Shown: positions 48,571-57,461 of the stretch, in pieces | How the letters are laid out: each line of letters starts with the position of its first letter | Numbering within the stretch: position 1 is the first letter of the stretch | DNA from: a virus | Lineage: Duplodnaviria > Caudoviricetes | Reading direction: 5' to 3' (one strand) | Virus record (IMG/VR): IMGVR_UViG_3300007169_000667 | Span: 26,421 to 90,420 of that record | Length of the DNA stretch: 64,000 nucleotides | Program-made: the position numbers and the translations under genes | The notes under the pieces: model-generated | Databases searched by the model: none | What the model saw: only the letters and a program-made list of their open reading frames with translations | What the model was told of the DNA's origin: nothing

Positions 48571-49070
48571 CTTAATGACAATTCAAATCTAAAGATTTCT
48601 TTTGGAATATCCACAACTACATCATTAAAATTTATATGCTGATGTAAAAGTGACTTATAGTCTTTGGACATTTCTTCAAACCTACCTTGCTTAAACAACT
48701 CTATATCTCTGTGGTAAATAGAACTAGGCTTAAAGACATACATTCTCATATCATCTACGTCATAGTAATCATAGAATGAGTCAAAGTTTGTAATCTTGTT
48801 TTCGAACATCTCAAAAGCGTCCTTATCAGTAGGTTTAAATAAAAAGAAAAGGCAACTGTTGTACTTAGACTTATAACCATAGTCATCTAGATAAACATTA
48901 ACTAAACCAAAGTTCGCTAATAGTCTAGAAGCATTAGCCCCTGACGTAAATATCAGGGGACTAAGAAACTTGGTGGTATTATTTGTAGTATCTGAGTACA
49001 CAATATTATATTTATACGATTCTGAGGCCATCATTTTGGTAATCCTCCCTAGTATAAGCCCATAAATCAT
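48567..49070 (-). CDS. Hypothetical protein
   Basis: 167 aa ORF; the true start is probably the ATG near 49031-49034. Confidence 0.5.
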   Translation of the reverse strand: MIYGLILGRITKMMASESYKYNIVYSDTTNNTTKFLSPLIFTSGANASRLLANFGLVNVYLDDYGYKSKYNSCLFFLFKPTDKDAFEMFENKITNFDSFYDYYDVDDMRMYVFKPSSIYHRDIELFKQGRFEEMSKDYKSLLHQHINFNDVVVDIPKEIFRFELSLR

Positions 49071-49980
49071 TCTCTGAGTGCCACTTTAAGCGATCAATTG
49101 CTTGGTGGAACCCTTCATACTCCTTATGCAAGTACGTTCCTCCTGTCTTACCTATAGACATTAATGTGTCTGATAGTTCATAGATCAAAGGACTGCCTGG
49201 AAACTTTTGGCTTTCTACAATAAATCTAAAGTTGTTTATCTTTAAGTTATCTCCGTACTTAGACAAGTCAGATCTCATCAATCCTTCTGTATAGAAGGCT
49301 GCTTGGAAATCATATCTGTGCTTAAGCAAAGTTTCTACCCAATAGTTCAAAGAAGTTGTGGTTGTCTTTAAATCAATAGGATATAGGATGTTGTTTACTA
49401 CATCAACTACCACTAAATCTAAAAGACCCTTACATTCTACTCCTTCGTATTCAAAGTTGATTGCTTGTTGAGTAAATACTTTATATTGAGAGTTACCTAA
49501 GATATACTTGTTAGTGAAAGGATTATTCTTAAGGCTATTTGCAATTACTTGGATGGTGTTGTATTGCGTAGGGGTTACTACTTTCTTTCCCTCTCCTGCA
49601 ATCAAATCATCATAGTATGCTTTACCTTCTTTCTCAAACCTTTCTCTTACCTTAGCAAGAGTATCTCGCTTAAAACCTGCTAACTCGTATGCAATGTTCT
49701 CTGCCATAGTATCATTACGATTAGCAAATAGATGCCATACAAAGTCTCCCATTTGTCCTGTAGGTCTCTCTACAGTACTGAAATAGAATTGTTCTAAGAA
49801 GACGTCTTCTCCTTGTGTAAGAATTAAGTCTACACCATCTCCTATAACTGTTACTTCTGCAGGTTCATCCATATCAGAGTTAGGGTCATAGTTAGCATAT
49901 AGATTAGGGTGTAGCAATATTTTCTTAAGCCTGCTCTGGCTTTGTGCTGTATTGGATAAGTAATCTTGATCTAGGATCAT
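49012..49980 (-). CDS. PD-(D/E)XK exonuclease, RecE/Exo VIII (DUF3799)-like
   Basis: CKGLLDLVVVD...IDLKTT...RYDFQAAFY. Confidence 0.8.
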   Translation of the reverse strand: MILDQDYLSNTAQSQSRLKKILLHPNLYANYDPNSDMDEPAEVTVIGDGVDLILTQGEDVFLEQFYFSTVERPTGQMGDFVWHLFANRNDTMAENIAYELAGFKRDTLAKVRERFEKEGKAYYDDLIAGEGKKVVTPTQYNTIQVIANSLKNNPFTNKYILGNSQYKVFTQQAINFEYEGVECKGLLDLVVVDVVNNILYPIDLKTTTTSLNYWVETLLKHRYDFQAAFYTEGLMRSDLSKYGDNLKINNFRFIVESQKFPGSPLIYELSDTLMSIGKTGGTYLHKEYEGFHQAIDRLKWHSENDLWAYTREDYQNDGLRIV

Positions 49981-50156
49981 TGCTTCATAAATTTAATAGT
50001 GAGTGTAAACCATAAGAACCCTAAGTGCATACTAAATCTTTCTCTAGAGTTAGTGCGACTAAAAGTTATTATGGGGAAAGGATAGAAGAACCAATAGGGA
50101 TAATCCCTCTGTCCTTTTGTTAGTTTGGAGAAGTTACTTACTTGAATCTTCATCAT
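49977..50156 (-). CDS. Small hypothetical protein (59 aa); missing from the ORF track
   Basis: MMKIQVSNFSKLTKGQRDYPYWFFYPFPIITFSRTNSRERFSMHLGFLWFTLTIKFMKQ*; stop/start overlaps with both neighbours. Confidence 0.65.
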   Translation of the reverse strand: MMKIQVSNFSKLTKGQRDYPYWFFYPFPIITFSRTNSRERFSMHLGFLWFTLTIKFMKQ

Positions 50157-50968
50157 ATGTGACTAATTTTTTTTTGTAAATGTGTGTAAATTTGATTAAT
50201 TTTTGTAATAAATTGTTCTTGTGTTAAGTCCGATTTAACAATATTGCAATACTTACAACAAGGAACACAGTTATCAAGAGAATAGTGTTTTGTGGGATCT
50301 ACCCTATCTATGCCATTTCTTACAATCTTTATGTTTTGTACAATTTTATTTTTACCAAGGGTTTTCTCCTCAGCCGGTTGCCCACAATAAAAACAGTCTC
50401 CTTTAATTAATTTTTCAAAATCCTCTAAAGATAGTAAATTTTTAATTCTCCCCTTTGATTTTTTACACCTTCCTACAATAGATAGATTATATAACCTTTC
50501 AATATCTGATTGTCTTCTAGTACTTTGTGGTCTTTCTTTGTATCCACAGACTGTACATTTTTTAATACCTTCCTTAGTAATTAAATCAGTGGTTGATCTT
50601 TTAGTTATTGTTCCACACTTGCACATGCATGTCCACAAAGCTCTTATTGTCTTTTTTCCTGTACTAGATACATATACTTTTCTAATAGGCTCATCTTCCA
50701 ATATAGTAAAATCCCCATAAACGTCTCCTTTATTTAAAGGTTTAACTCTCGTTTTGCCTGCTTTTATTTTGTTAAGCTTGTTAAAAAATCCGTCTTTAAG
50801 TCTTTGATCTGTTAATTCTTTTGTACTACAAGGTTTACATCTTTGTAAACTTATGCCATCACTATTTTTTGGATAAAGGACATACCTTGTAGGATTATAC
50901 TGAATTGTACGGTAACTTAAACAAGAAGGACAACACACTTCTACCTGTTTATATTTAGTTTTTTGCAT
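50153..50968 (-). CDS. HNH homing endonuclease with Zn ribbons
   Basis: CFYCG...NGIDRVDP..HYSLDNCVPCCKYCNIVKS; N-terminal GDVYGDFTIL...WTCMCKCG. Confidence 0.8.
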   Translation of the reverse strand: MQKTKYKQVEVCCPSCLSYRTIQYNPTRYVLYPKNSDGISLQRCKPCSTKELTDQRLKDGFFNKLNKIKAGKTRVKPLNKGDVYGDFTILEDEPIRKVYVSSTGKKTIRALWTCMCKCGTITKRSTTDLITKEGIKKCTVCGYKERPQSTRRQSDIERLYNLSIVGRCKKSKGRIKNLLSLEDFEKLIKGDCFYCGQPAEEKTLGKNKIVQNIKIVRNGIDRVDPTKHYSLDNCVPCCKYCNIVKSDLTQEQFITKINQIYTHLQKKISHI

Positions 50969-51003
50969 AACTTATGTATTTTATACGTAAATATACATAA
51001 AAA

Positions 51004-51441
51004 TCATATATTATGCAAGGACTTTTTATAAAAATGTACCCAGAACATCATATTACAAATTACGTGATGAGCATGAAGCAGTTGACTTTCTTTATCTACA
51101 AATTCATCTTTCATCATTTCTACAAGATGTCGCTGTGATGAGTCTAAAATAGATCTTAATTCTAATCCTTTCTTCCAGTTGTTTTCTCCTGAACTGTTTA
51201 AGGTATAACCTTCAGGAAACTTTAGATCTTTTTTTGCATCAAGACCATTGATCAACACTCCTTCTTTTGTTAGGTAGGTAGAATATTTGTTTGCTCCAAA
51301 CTCAAGCACTTCTACTAGTCCTTCTAAAGATTCAAAATCTACAAGAGACCATTTTCGCTTACCTGAGTTGTACCTTAACGCTTGTTCTTGCTTAGGAGTG
51401 CCTTCATTATAATCTTCCATTGCAGGGAAATCATTAGCCAT
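51004..51441 (-). CDS. dATP/dGTP diphosphohydrolase domain protein (DUF5664)
   Basis: RYNSGKRKWSL, VLEFGANKY, NWKKG, SQRHL, DKESQLLHAHH..CN. Confidence 0.8.
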   Translation of the reverse strand: MANDFPAMEDYNEGTPKQEQALRYNSGKRKWSLVDFESLEGLVEVLEFGANKYSTYLTKEGVLINGLDAKKDLKFPEGYTLNSSGENNWKKGLELRSILDSSQRHLVEMMKDEFVDKESQLLHAHHVICNMMFWVHFYKKSLHNI

Positions 51442-51444
51442 TGT

Positions 51445-51717
51445 TTAACGCATTAAAGCTCCTGTAGTAGTTCTAGAGATAGGATCTGCAGGTACTACTG
51501 TAAGTAATACTCTTCCAAACTTCATGGGAGAAACATTAGTTACAATAGACATTACTCCATTACAATTAATTAAGGTTCCTGACTGGATAGTTTGACTTTC
51601 TTCTTCTCCGTAGTAAGTAATCATGTTTTCTCCATAGGCATAGGAGGGTTGGACATCGGGAGAGCCTACAGCTTCCACTTTGTCTGATTCTGTGCGGGGT
51701 TCTATAATATATAACAT
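51445..51717 (-). CDS. Hypothetical protein
   Basis: 90 aa ORF in the operon. Confidence 0.5.
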   Translation of the reverse strand: MLYIIEPRTESDKVEAVGSPDVQPSYAYGENMITYYGEEESQTIQSGTLINCNGVMSIVTNVSPMKFGRVLLTVVPADPISRTTTGALMR

Positions 51718-51732
51718 AATTTTATTTTTAAT

Positions 51733-52170
51733 TTAGTCTAGTTCTGGTACTTCCACTCCCAGGATATCTCTTGCAAATCCAATCACATCTTGGATAAACT
51801 TATGTACTTCGTCTTTCTTACCCTTAGATAACGATAGAGGAGTTTTAATAAACTGTCCTTGGAACATTATCTCTTCGTAGAAATACTTGTCCTTAAGGAA
51901 AATAACTACCTCTTCTTTGGTATATATTTCTCCTGTAAGGGACTCAAAACCTGCTTTTACTATAGGTACTAGGGTACTATAGAAATAAGCCAACTGAGGG
52001 TTTGTTTTCTTAGAATCAACTCGTGTAATACAAACCTCTACATCTATCTTAGGATCTTGTTTCATAAGTTCTTTAAAGTATGACTGCATTAACTCTTTAT
52101 CTCCCTTAAGATAAACGTTACCATCTATATTAAGGGAAAGAGTTGCCGGTATGTAGACTCTATTTATCAT
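51733..52170 (-). CDS. NinB/Orf-like recombination protein
   Basis: KKTNPQLAYFY...LS..KKDE..KFIQDV..FARD.LGVEVP. Confidence 0.55.
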   Translation of the reverse strand: MINRVYIPATLSLNIDGNVYLKGDKELMQSYFKELMKQDPKIDVEVCITRVDSKKTNPQLAYFYSTLVPIVKAGFESLTGEIYTKEEVVIFLKDKYFYEEIMFQGQFIKTPLSLSKGKKDEVHKFIQDVIGFARDILGVEVPELD

Positions 52171-52459
52171 TGGTTCTTTTCTCTAGTTCTTCCAAAAGCA
52201 AAAATGCCAACTCTTCGTCTTCATCTATCTGGCTACTTGCGTTTCTCTTCTGCAAATATCCATCTAAAATTTTAATAAAGTAAGCATTTTTTGCTTTTGC
52301 TTCGTTAATTGCTTTCCGTAAATCGTCATTAACAAACTCACGAATAAACAAATACTGTGTGTTAACTGCTCTTGCAAGGAGATATGTTCTCCTTACTTCC
52401 TTTAATTGTTCGTCTGTCATCTTACTTCTTCCAATATTTTGCATAAGCTGGCTCTGCAC
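52160..52459 (-). CDS. Hypothetical helical protein
   Basis: 99 aa; probable start MTDEQ just after the polA stop. Confidence 0.5.
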   Translation of the reverse strand: MQSQLMQNIGRSKMTDEQLKEVRRTYLLARAVNTQYLFIREFVNDDLRKAINEAKAKNAYFIKILDGYLQKRNASSQIDEDEELAFLLLEELEKRTNDK

Positions 52460-54395
52460 CTAGCTTAACTCGCTTACAGAATTTAGCTGCAGACTTTTCC
52501 ATAGCACCTTGAATAGCATCACAAGCTTCTTCTACAATACTTTCAGGACATTCTACAAGGTATTCGTCATGAATAATGTTAACCAGCTTGACAGTACCAA
52601 ATAGATTGTTAGGAATTATGTAATCTTGCCAGAAGTAAATTCCAGCAAGTTTGCTTATTTCTGCAGATTCTCCCTGTACTCTATAGTTAAGAGACATTCT
52701 TTCGATGTCTCCTTTCTTTCTAAAGTATCTAGAGACTTTATCCTTCATCTCACGTGCAGTTGGTGTATTACTATTTTTAAGTTGTTTATAACGATCCCAG
52801 AACTCTTTATTCTTTAATTCTTGTTCTATGGCTTTAAACTCGTCAAAATAGTCTACGTAACACTTTTTACCTGTGACTTTAGAGAGTAGTACATAACCGT
52901 TTTCTATACCAAACTTCTTAGCATTTGTATAGTATTTATCTAAGTCAGGAAATGCTTCAAAGTATTTGTTATAGATATCTACACCTTCTTGTTCTGTTAG
53001 TTGAAGTTGGTCTGATATAGCTTTTGCTGATCCACCATATGCTAATGCAAATCCGATTACTTTACTCTGCTGTCTCTTGTCTTTATGTTTAGATTTAATT
53101 TCATCTAAAGATAACCCATTTAACTCTTTAAACATCTTAGATGCAATAAAACTGTGCATGTCAGACAAACCTTTGTCATAAAACTCTAACAAAGAAGGAT
53201 CTAAACATTGGTTGACTAGAACTACAGACTCTTGTGCACTGTAATCGCAACTAATAAGTAAGCTACCCTCCTCTGCTACGAAACATGATCTTGTTTCTTG
53301 GTCTGATGGAATGTTTTGGAAGTTAAAGTTCTTTACGTTTCCTGATTTACCACCACTAGATAAGCGTCCTGTGTTCATCAACTGCTTAAACTGTGTGTGT
53401 ATTCTTCCGCTAACTGGATTAATTTGTTCTATCCAGTTATATCCATAAGTTCCAATATCCTTTTGGGCTCCCTTAAACTTTAAATAAGTTTCAATAATGG
53501 GATACTTTGAGCTGTATTTTACTAGGTGACTAGCTTCAATTGTATCTTTTGTTACTCCTTTCTCTACTACCTTAGTATCTACACCAATCTCTTGAAAGAA
53601 CTCTACAACTTGAGAAGGTGAGTTCCAATTCACATTGGTCTTGGTAGAAGAAGAGAAGAGGTCAAGTTGGTAGTCGATAAACTTCTCCATCTTATTATCT
53701 AGGATGAATTGGTTTAATGCTGCCTCTGCTTCATCAGCTTCTCTCTGTACCTTTTCTATCTTTGCTGTCCATTGTGGTACATCTAGTTTCATACCGCAGT
53801 ATTCGATGTATGCAAGGACTAAAACAAATTTATTGTCTAATTCAATAGACACAGAGGTACCATCAGCAAGCTGCATGAATTCTTGCTTTTCCTTTAATTT
53901 GTGCAGATACTTTACGTCATACGCAGAGTACTTTACGAAACCTTCAGTAAGTCTACCTGTAATATTTGCTCGTTCCTCTTTGCTTAGAACTACACCACAA
54001 TGACGTAATACACAAGCAGAAAGGGAGCATCTATGGCTTTCTATACCTAGGCGAGATGTTTTTTCTCCTAAGAAGGTATCATATACCTTTGTGGGAATAA
54101 CTCTGTAGTGATAAAGGAATCGTAAGTCAAACTTTAAGTTATGACCTATTAGTCCCTTAGTCTCCAACAACTCTTTATAGTCGTTGATATCAATCGTAGT
54201 TAAATCAATTACGTATTGAATATCTCTATCTCCTAACTGAAGAGTGTAGAGTTTACAAGTATAAGGATCAAATCCTGAGGTCTCAGTATCTAATCCTATC
54301 CACTCTAAATCTTTTAGATAATCGAGGGATTCTTGTACAGTACAGATAGTTATGTCGGGTAAGGAGATATCTTGTTTAGTTACTAGATAAATCAT
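52422..54395 (-). CDS. polA: Family A DNA polymerase (3'-5' exonuclease plus polymerase, no 5'-3' exonuclease)
   Basis: Exo I GLDTET; TGRLSS; motif A DYSAQE; motif B RQQSKVIGFALAYG (Phe at the 762-equivalent); motif C HDEY. Confidence 0.93.
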   Translation of the reverse strand: MIYLVTKQDISLPDITICTVQESLDYLKDLEWIGLDTETSGFDPYTCKLYTLQLGDRDIQYVIDLTTIDINDYKELLETKGLIGHNLKFDLRFLYHYRVIPTKVYDTFLGEKTSRLGIESHRCSLSACVLRHCGVVLSKEERANITGRLTEGFVKYSAYDVKYLHKLKEKQEFMQLADGTSVSIELDNKFVLVLAYIEYCGMKLDVPQWTAKIEKVQREADEAEAALNQFILDNKMEKFIDYQLDLFSSSTKTNVNWNSPSQVVEFFQEIGVDTKVVEKGVTKDTIEASHLVKYSSKYPIIETYLKFKGAQKDIGTYGYNWIEQINPVSGRIHTQFKQLMNTGRLSSGGKSGNVKNFNFQNIPSDQETRSCFVAEEGSLLISCDYSAQESVVLVNQCLDPSLLEFYDKGLSDMHSFIASKMFKELNGLSLDEIKSKHKDKRQQSKVIGFALAYGGSAKAISDQLQLTEQEGVDIYNKYFEAFPDLDKYYTNAKKFGIENGYVLLSKVTGKKCYVDYFDEFKAIEQELKNKEFWDRYKQLKNSNTPTAREMKDKVSRYFRKKGDIERMSLNYRVQGESAEISKLAGIYFWQDYIIPNNLFGTVKLVNIIHDEYLVECPESIVEEACDAIQGAMEKSAAKFCKRVKLGAEPAYAKYWKK

Positions 54396-55036
54396 TTTAA
54401 TAATGGTCCTACTATCTTGTTGTAATCGTGAAGTGCTTCTCTAAGCTTTTGATACTTTTCTACCTGTGTGTAGTTGCCTTGTTCGATATCTGTAAGGCAA
54501 GTTCTATATACATCGTAGATAAGTTTTCTATCGTGGTTACTAAGCTTAAGAATTTTGTTTGATAACTGAAGCATATCTTCAGTAGTATCTTCTCCCCAAA
54601 TCTTATTTAGAGACTTACCTAAGTTCCACACGTGATGTGGAGTGTAAAGGTTACACTTAGGACAAGCTGGTAATAAGTTTGTTAAATGGTAACGAGTAGA
54701 TACTTTAGTTCTACCTACAAAGTGTGCACATTGTAAGCCTTTAGGGTCGAGGGTAATCTCACAAGCATGGCACTTGTTAATGTGTGCACCTCTTACTAAC
54801 CATGATGTTATTTGATCTAACTTGGTTTGAGTAATGGTTTCTTGTTTGATCTTTCTCTTAATCTCTTTCTTTACTTTCTGTTTAGCCTTTTTCTCTTTAA
54901 CTACACAGCTAGCACAAAGTCTTTTGGTCTTGTTTGCAATAGCCTTTACTTTACCGCACTCAGAGCAAGGCTTCTGCAAGTCTTTTTCTTCTGGGCTTCC
55001 TTTTACAGGAACTTTCTTGATTGTTCTCTTTAACAT
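54392..55036 (-). CDS. NinG/Rap-like HNH junction endonuclease with N-terminal Zn finger
   Basis: CHAC...CAHFVGR...TRYHLTN...CPKCN; ATG at 55036. Confidence 0.7.
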   Translation of the reverse strand: MLKRTIKKVPVKGSPEEKDLQKPCSECGKVKAIANKTKRLCASCVVKEKKAKQKVKKEIKRKIKQETITQTKLDQITSWLVRGAHINKCHACEITLDPKGLQCAHFVGRTKVSTRYHLTNLLPACPKCNLYTPHHVWNLGKSLNKIWGEDTTEDMLQLSNKILKLSNHDRKLIYDVYRTCLTDIEQGNYTQVEKYQKLREALHDYNKIVGPLLK

Positions 55037-55042
55037 GGTATA

Positions 55043-55050
55043 CAAATATA
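55043..55050 (-). promoter_or_regulatory. -7 promoter element of the NinG-polA operon
   Basis: TATATTTG on the - strand, 6 nt before the ATG and immediately after a terminator. Confidence 0.55.
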
Positions 55051-55051
55051 A

Positions 55052-55080
55052 CAAAAGAAAAGGGGATCTGTTGACCCCCT
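55052..55080 (-). terminator. Intrinsic terminator
   Basis: AGGGGGTC-AACA-GATCCCCT then TTTCTTTT on the - strand. Confidence 0.75.
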
Positions 55081-55104
55081 AATCTTTTTTGGCATGCAAG
55101 AGAA

Positions 55105-55953
55105 TTACAAAGATAACTCTTCCTGAAATACAGGACTATGCAATTCAGAAATTAACTCAAAGCCTCTGTTGTTGATAGTATAAGCTGTACCGTGGATCAA
55201 AGACTCACGCTTATGCTCTAAACTTTTGTGTCCCATCATGTAGTTAGTAAAGCGAGTAGTAGCATTAAATAAAGCGTAAGCTGTATTACCGTGAGTACCG
55301 TATTCTGTAGCAATAGCTTGTCTAAAATCTAAGATACGATTCTTAGTACGTCCTGCTTCCCCATCTCCACCAATAATTCCTAAGATAAATTCATCTGTAA
55401 CTACCTCAGGAATGTTTACTTTGCTTAACTCGATTAGCTTTTCAACAAACTGCTCCTCTTGATAAAGAGAGTTTTGTAACTGAGAAATGATTACAGCCAA
55501 GCGACCATGAGAATTCTTAGTATGTCTTACCCTCTGAGAGTCTTTTAGAGCCATGTAAAAGGTATTTGCACATACAACTGTTACATTGGTTGCTCCAAAG
55601 CCAATAGGAGAGCTCCCATCGTGTGATGTAAGGGCTGTTAAATAACGCTTATTCTCAGATCCTCCAATAGTAACATCTGTTAAAGGGAACTGATAGTATA
55701 CTTTTTGGCCGTCTCCTAAGAAACCACCTCTTTCTCCCGAGATATTAACCCTAGCAGCAGCTTCTAAAAGCATATCTAAGATTTCTTCGTTTTGTGTAGG
55801 AACATATTTTGCTCCTACAATACCTAAACACTTGTTGTTGTCTTGTCTGAAGACACCATAAGCAGGAGTAGGTTCTCCATTAGGACCTACGAGTCCTCGT
55901 TTTTCTACTGTCCAGTTAGTCCTGGAGCTTTCTAATAATTGTTGTTTGTTCAT
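55105..55953 (-). CDS. DUF932/DUF945 (TIGR03299-like) protein
   Basis: NWTVEKR, LGIVGAKYVPTQN, SHDGSS, VVCANT, HTKN, GNTAYALFNATT. Confidence 0.85.
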   Translation of the reverse strand: MNKQQLLESSRTNWTVEKRGLVGPNGEPTPAYGVFRQDNNKCLGIVGAKYVPTQNEEILDMLLEAAARVNISGERGGFLGDGQKVYYQFPLTDVTIGGSENKRYLTALTSHDGSSPIGFGATNVTVVCANTFYMALKDSQRVRHTKNSHGRLAVIISQLQNSLYQEEQFVEKLIELSKVNIPEVVTDEFILGIIGGDGEAGRTKNRILDFRQAIATEYGTHGNTAYALFNATTRFTNYMMGHKSLEHKRESLIHGTAYTINNRGFELISELHSPVFQEELSL

Positions 55954-55958
55954 AATCT

Positions 55959-56183
55959 TTATAAGGCTGGTCTTTTAAATGTGTCGATAAATCTACTTAG
56001 TTCTTCTAATTCTTTTAGTCTTCCTTGTACTTCGCAGTATTCGTATTCACTGCTTTGTTCTTGTTCTTTTACTTCTTTAATTCTAGTAGTAAGGTGTTCT
56101 ACTAATTTACCTTTAAACTCTAGGTGACCCAGAGTCTCGAAATCTTGCCAATTCATGTTTTTTATTTTAAGTTTTGTAGCCAA
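55959..56183 (-). CDS. Hypothetical coiled-coil protein
   Basis: 74 aa ORF in the operon. Confidence 0.45.
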   Translation of the reverse strand: MATKLKIKNMNWQDFETLGHLEFKGKLVEHLTTRIKEVKEQEQSSEYEYCEVQGRLKELEELSRFIDTFKRPAL

Positions 56184-56863
56184 TCAATCTGATCTCCGTT
56201 GTTGGCCATTAATATTTCGTTTATTCTTTTAAAGTGGTCACAACCCCATTTTCCACCTGCATATAAAGCGGCTGCAGGATGAGGTGCAACTAAGATGTGA
56301 TGAAACTTATCATCAATTAAAGGAGCAAACTTTAAAGCATCTTTACCCCAGAAACAGAATATAAGTCCTGTGGTATTGTCATTTAAAGTCTTGAATACAG
56401 CTTCTGTAAACTGATGCCAGTGAGTCAGATGTGAGCCTGACTTACCTTCTTCAATAGTTAAAGCGGCATTAATTAAAAGCACTCCTTGCTTAGCCCATGC
56501 TTCTAAATCCATATCAATAGGAAATGATAGTTCGTCTGGGTAAATGTCTTCTTTAATCTTGTTGTACATAACCCTTAAAGAAGGAGGAACTTGATCTCTA
56601 TTTCTTGGACTGAAAGCTAAGCCATGTGCTGTGGGTTCTCCTTTGTACCTACCTGGGTAAGGATCTTGTCCCATCAGAACGATCCTTACTTTCTGGAAGG
56701 GAGTTAAATTAAAAGCCTTGAAGACTTCATCTTTGTGAGGAAAGATAGACTTAGTTTTTCTCTCACTTGCAATGAAGCCCCCAAGGCTCTTAAAGTATGG
56801 ACTTTCTATTGTATCTCTTAGGTGTAGGTACCAATCATCAGGTACATTTATTATTTTTTCCAT
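56162..56863 (-). CDS. ung: Uracil-DNA glycosylase, family 1
   Basis: GQDPY, HGLAFS, PPSL, QGVLLIN, LTIEEGKSGSH, HP loop. Confidence 0.92.
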   Translation of the reverse strand: MEKIINVPDDWYLHLRDTIESPYFKSLGGFIASERKTKSIFPHKDEVFKAFNLTPFQKVRIVLMGQDPYPGRYKGEPTAHGLAFSPRNRDQVPPSLRVMYNKIKEDIYPDELSFPIDMDLEAWAKQGVLLINAALTIEEGKSGSHLTHWHQFTEAVFKTLNDNTTGLIFCFWGKDALKFAPLIDDKFHHILVAPHPAAALYAGGKWGCDHFKRINEILMANNGDQIDWLQNLK

Positions 56864-57461
56864 GTCTTCTAATCATTCGTCTCTGTCTATTATCTAGAGT
56901 CTGAATAACAATATTAGGATTTACTTTAGTAGTCATAGACTCTGGGTACTTTTCTTCTATTTTATTTAAGATTTGATTGTACTTAGTCTTGTAACTAGTT
57001 ATTGTGTCGTAGAAGTCACAATGCTGTCTGATTGCATGAACAATCGTAGAGTGATCTTTGCCTAACAATCTTCCTACTTTCATATAAGTGTAGTGAAACT
57101 GTATTAAAAGAACTGCAGCAAACTGAAATCTTGTCTCTACTAATTCTCGTTTACGACTATAGAGTACAAAGTCTCCAATGCTTACTTTGTTTATCTCACA
57201 AGTAATACGCATTACTTCTAACTCAAACTCTGTAAACTTAGCTAAGTTCACTCTTACTTGTAAGGATTTCTCCATTGCAAGCTTTTTCTTTCTTGCAGCT
57301 TCTTCAGGATCTACAATGCTAACTCTTCTACTATAATACTGTTTATTTTTAGATTTTTTACGTACTACTTCAAGTAGGCCTTCTCTTACAAGGGCTTCTA
57401 TTTTTAGTTTGTCAAATACAATCTCTAACGCTTCGTCTACAATATCTTTAATTCGTGGCAT
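56838..57461 (-). CDS. Protein with a DnaA C-terminal (domain IV) HTH
   Basis: SRKRELVETR...VGRLLGKDHSTIVHAIR matches the DnaA signature (GGRDHSTV). Confidence 0.75.
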   Translation of the reverse strand: MPRIKDIVDEALEIVFDKLKIEALVREGLLEVVRKKSKNKQYYSRRVSIVDPEEAARKKKLAMEKSLQVRVNLAKFTEFELEVMRITCEINKVSIGDFVLYSRKRELVETRFQFAAVLLIQFHYTYMKVGRLLGKDHSTIVHAIRQHCDFYDTITSYKTKYNQILNKIEEKYPESMTTKVNPNIVIQTLDNRQRRMIRRHGKNNKCT

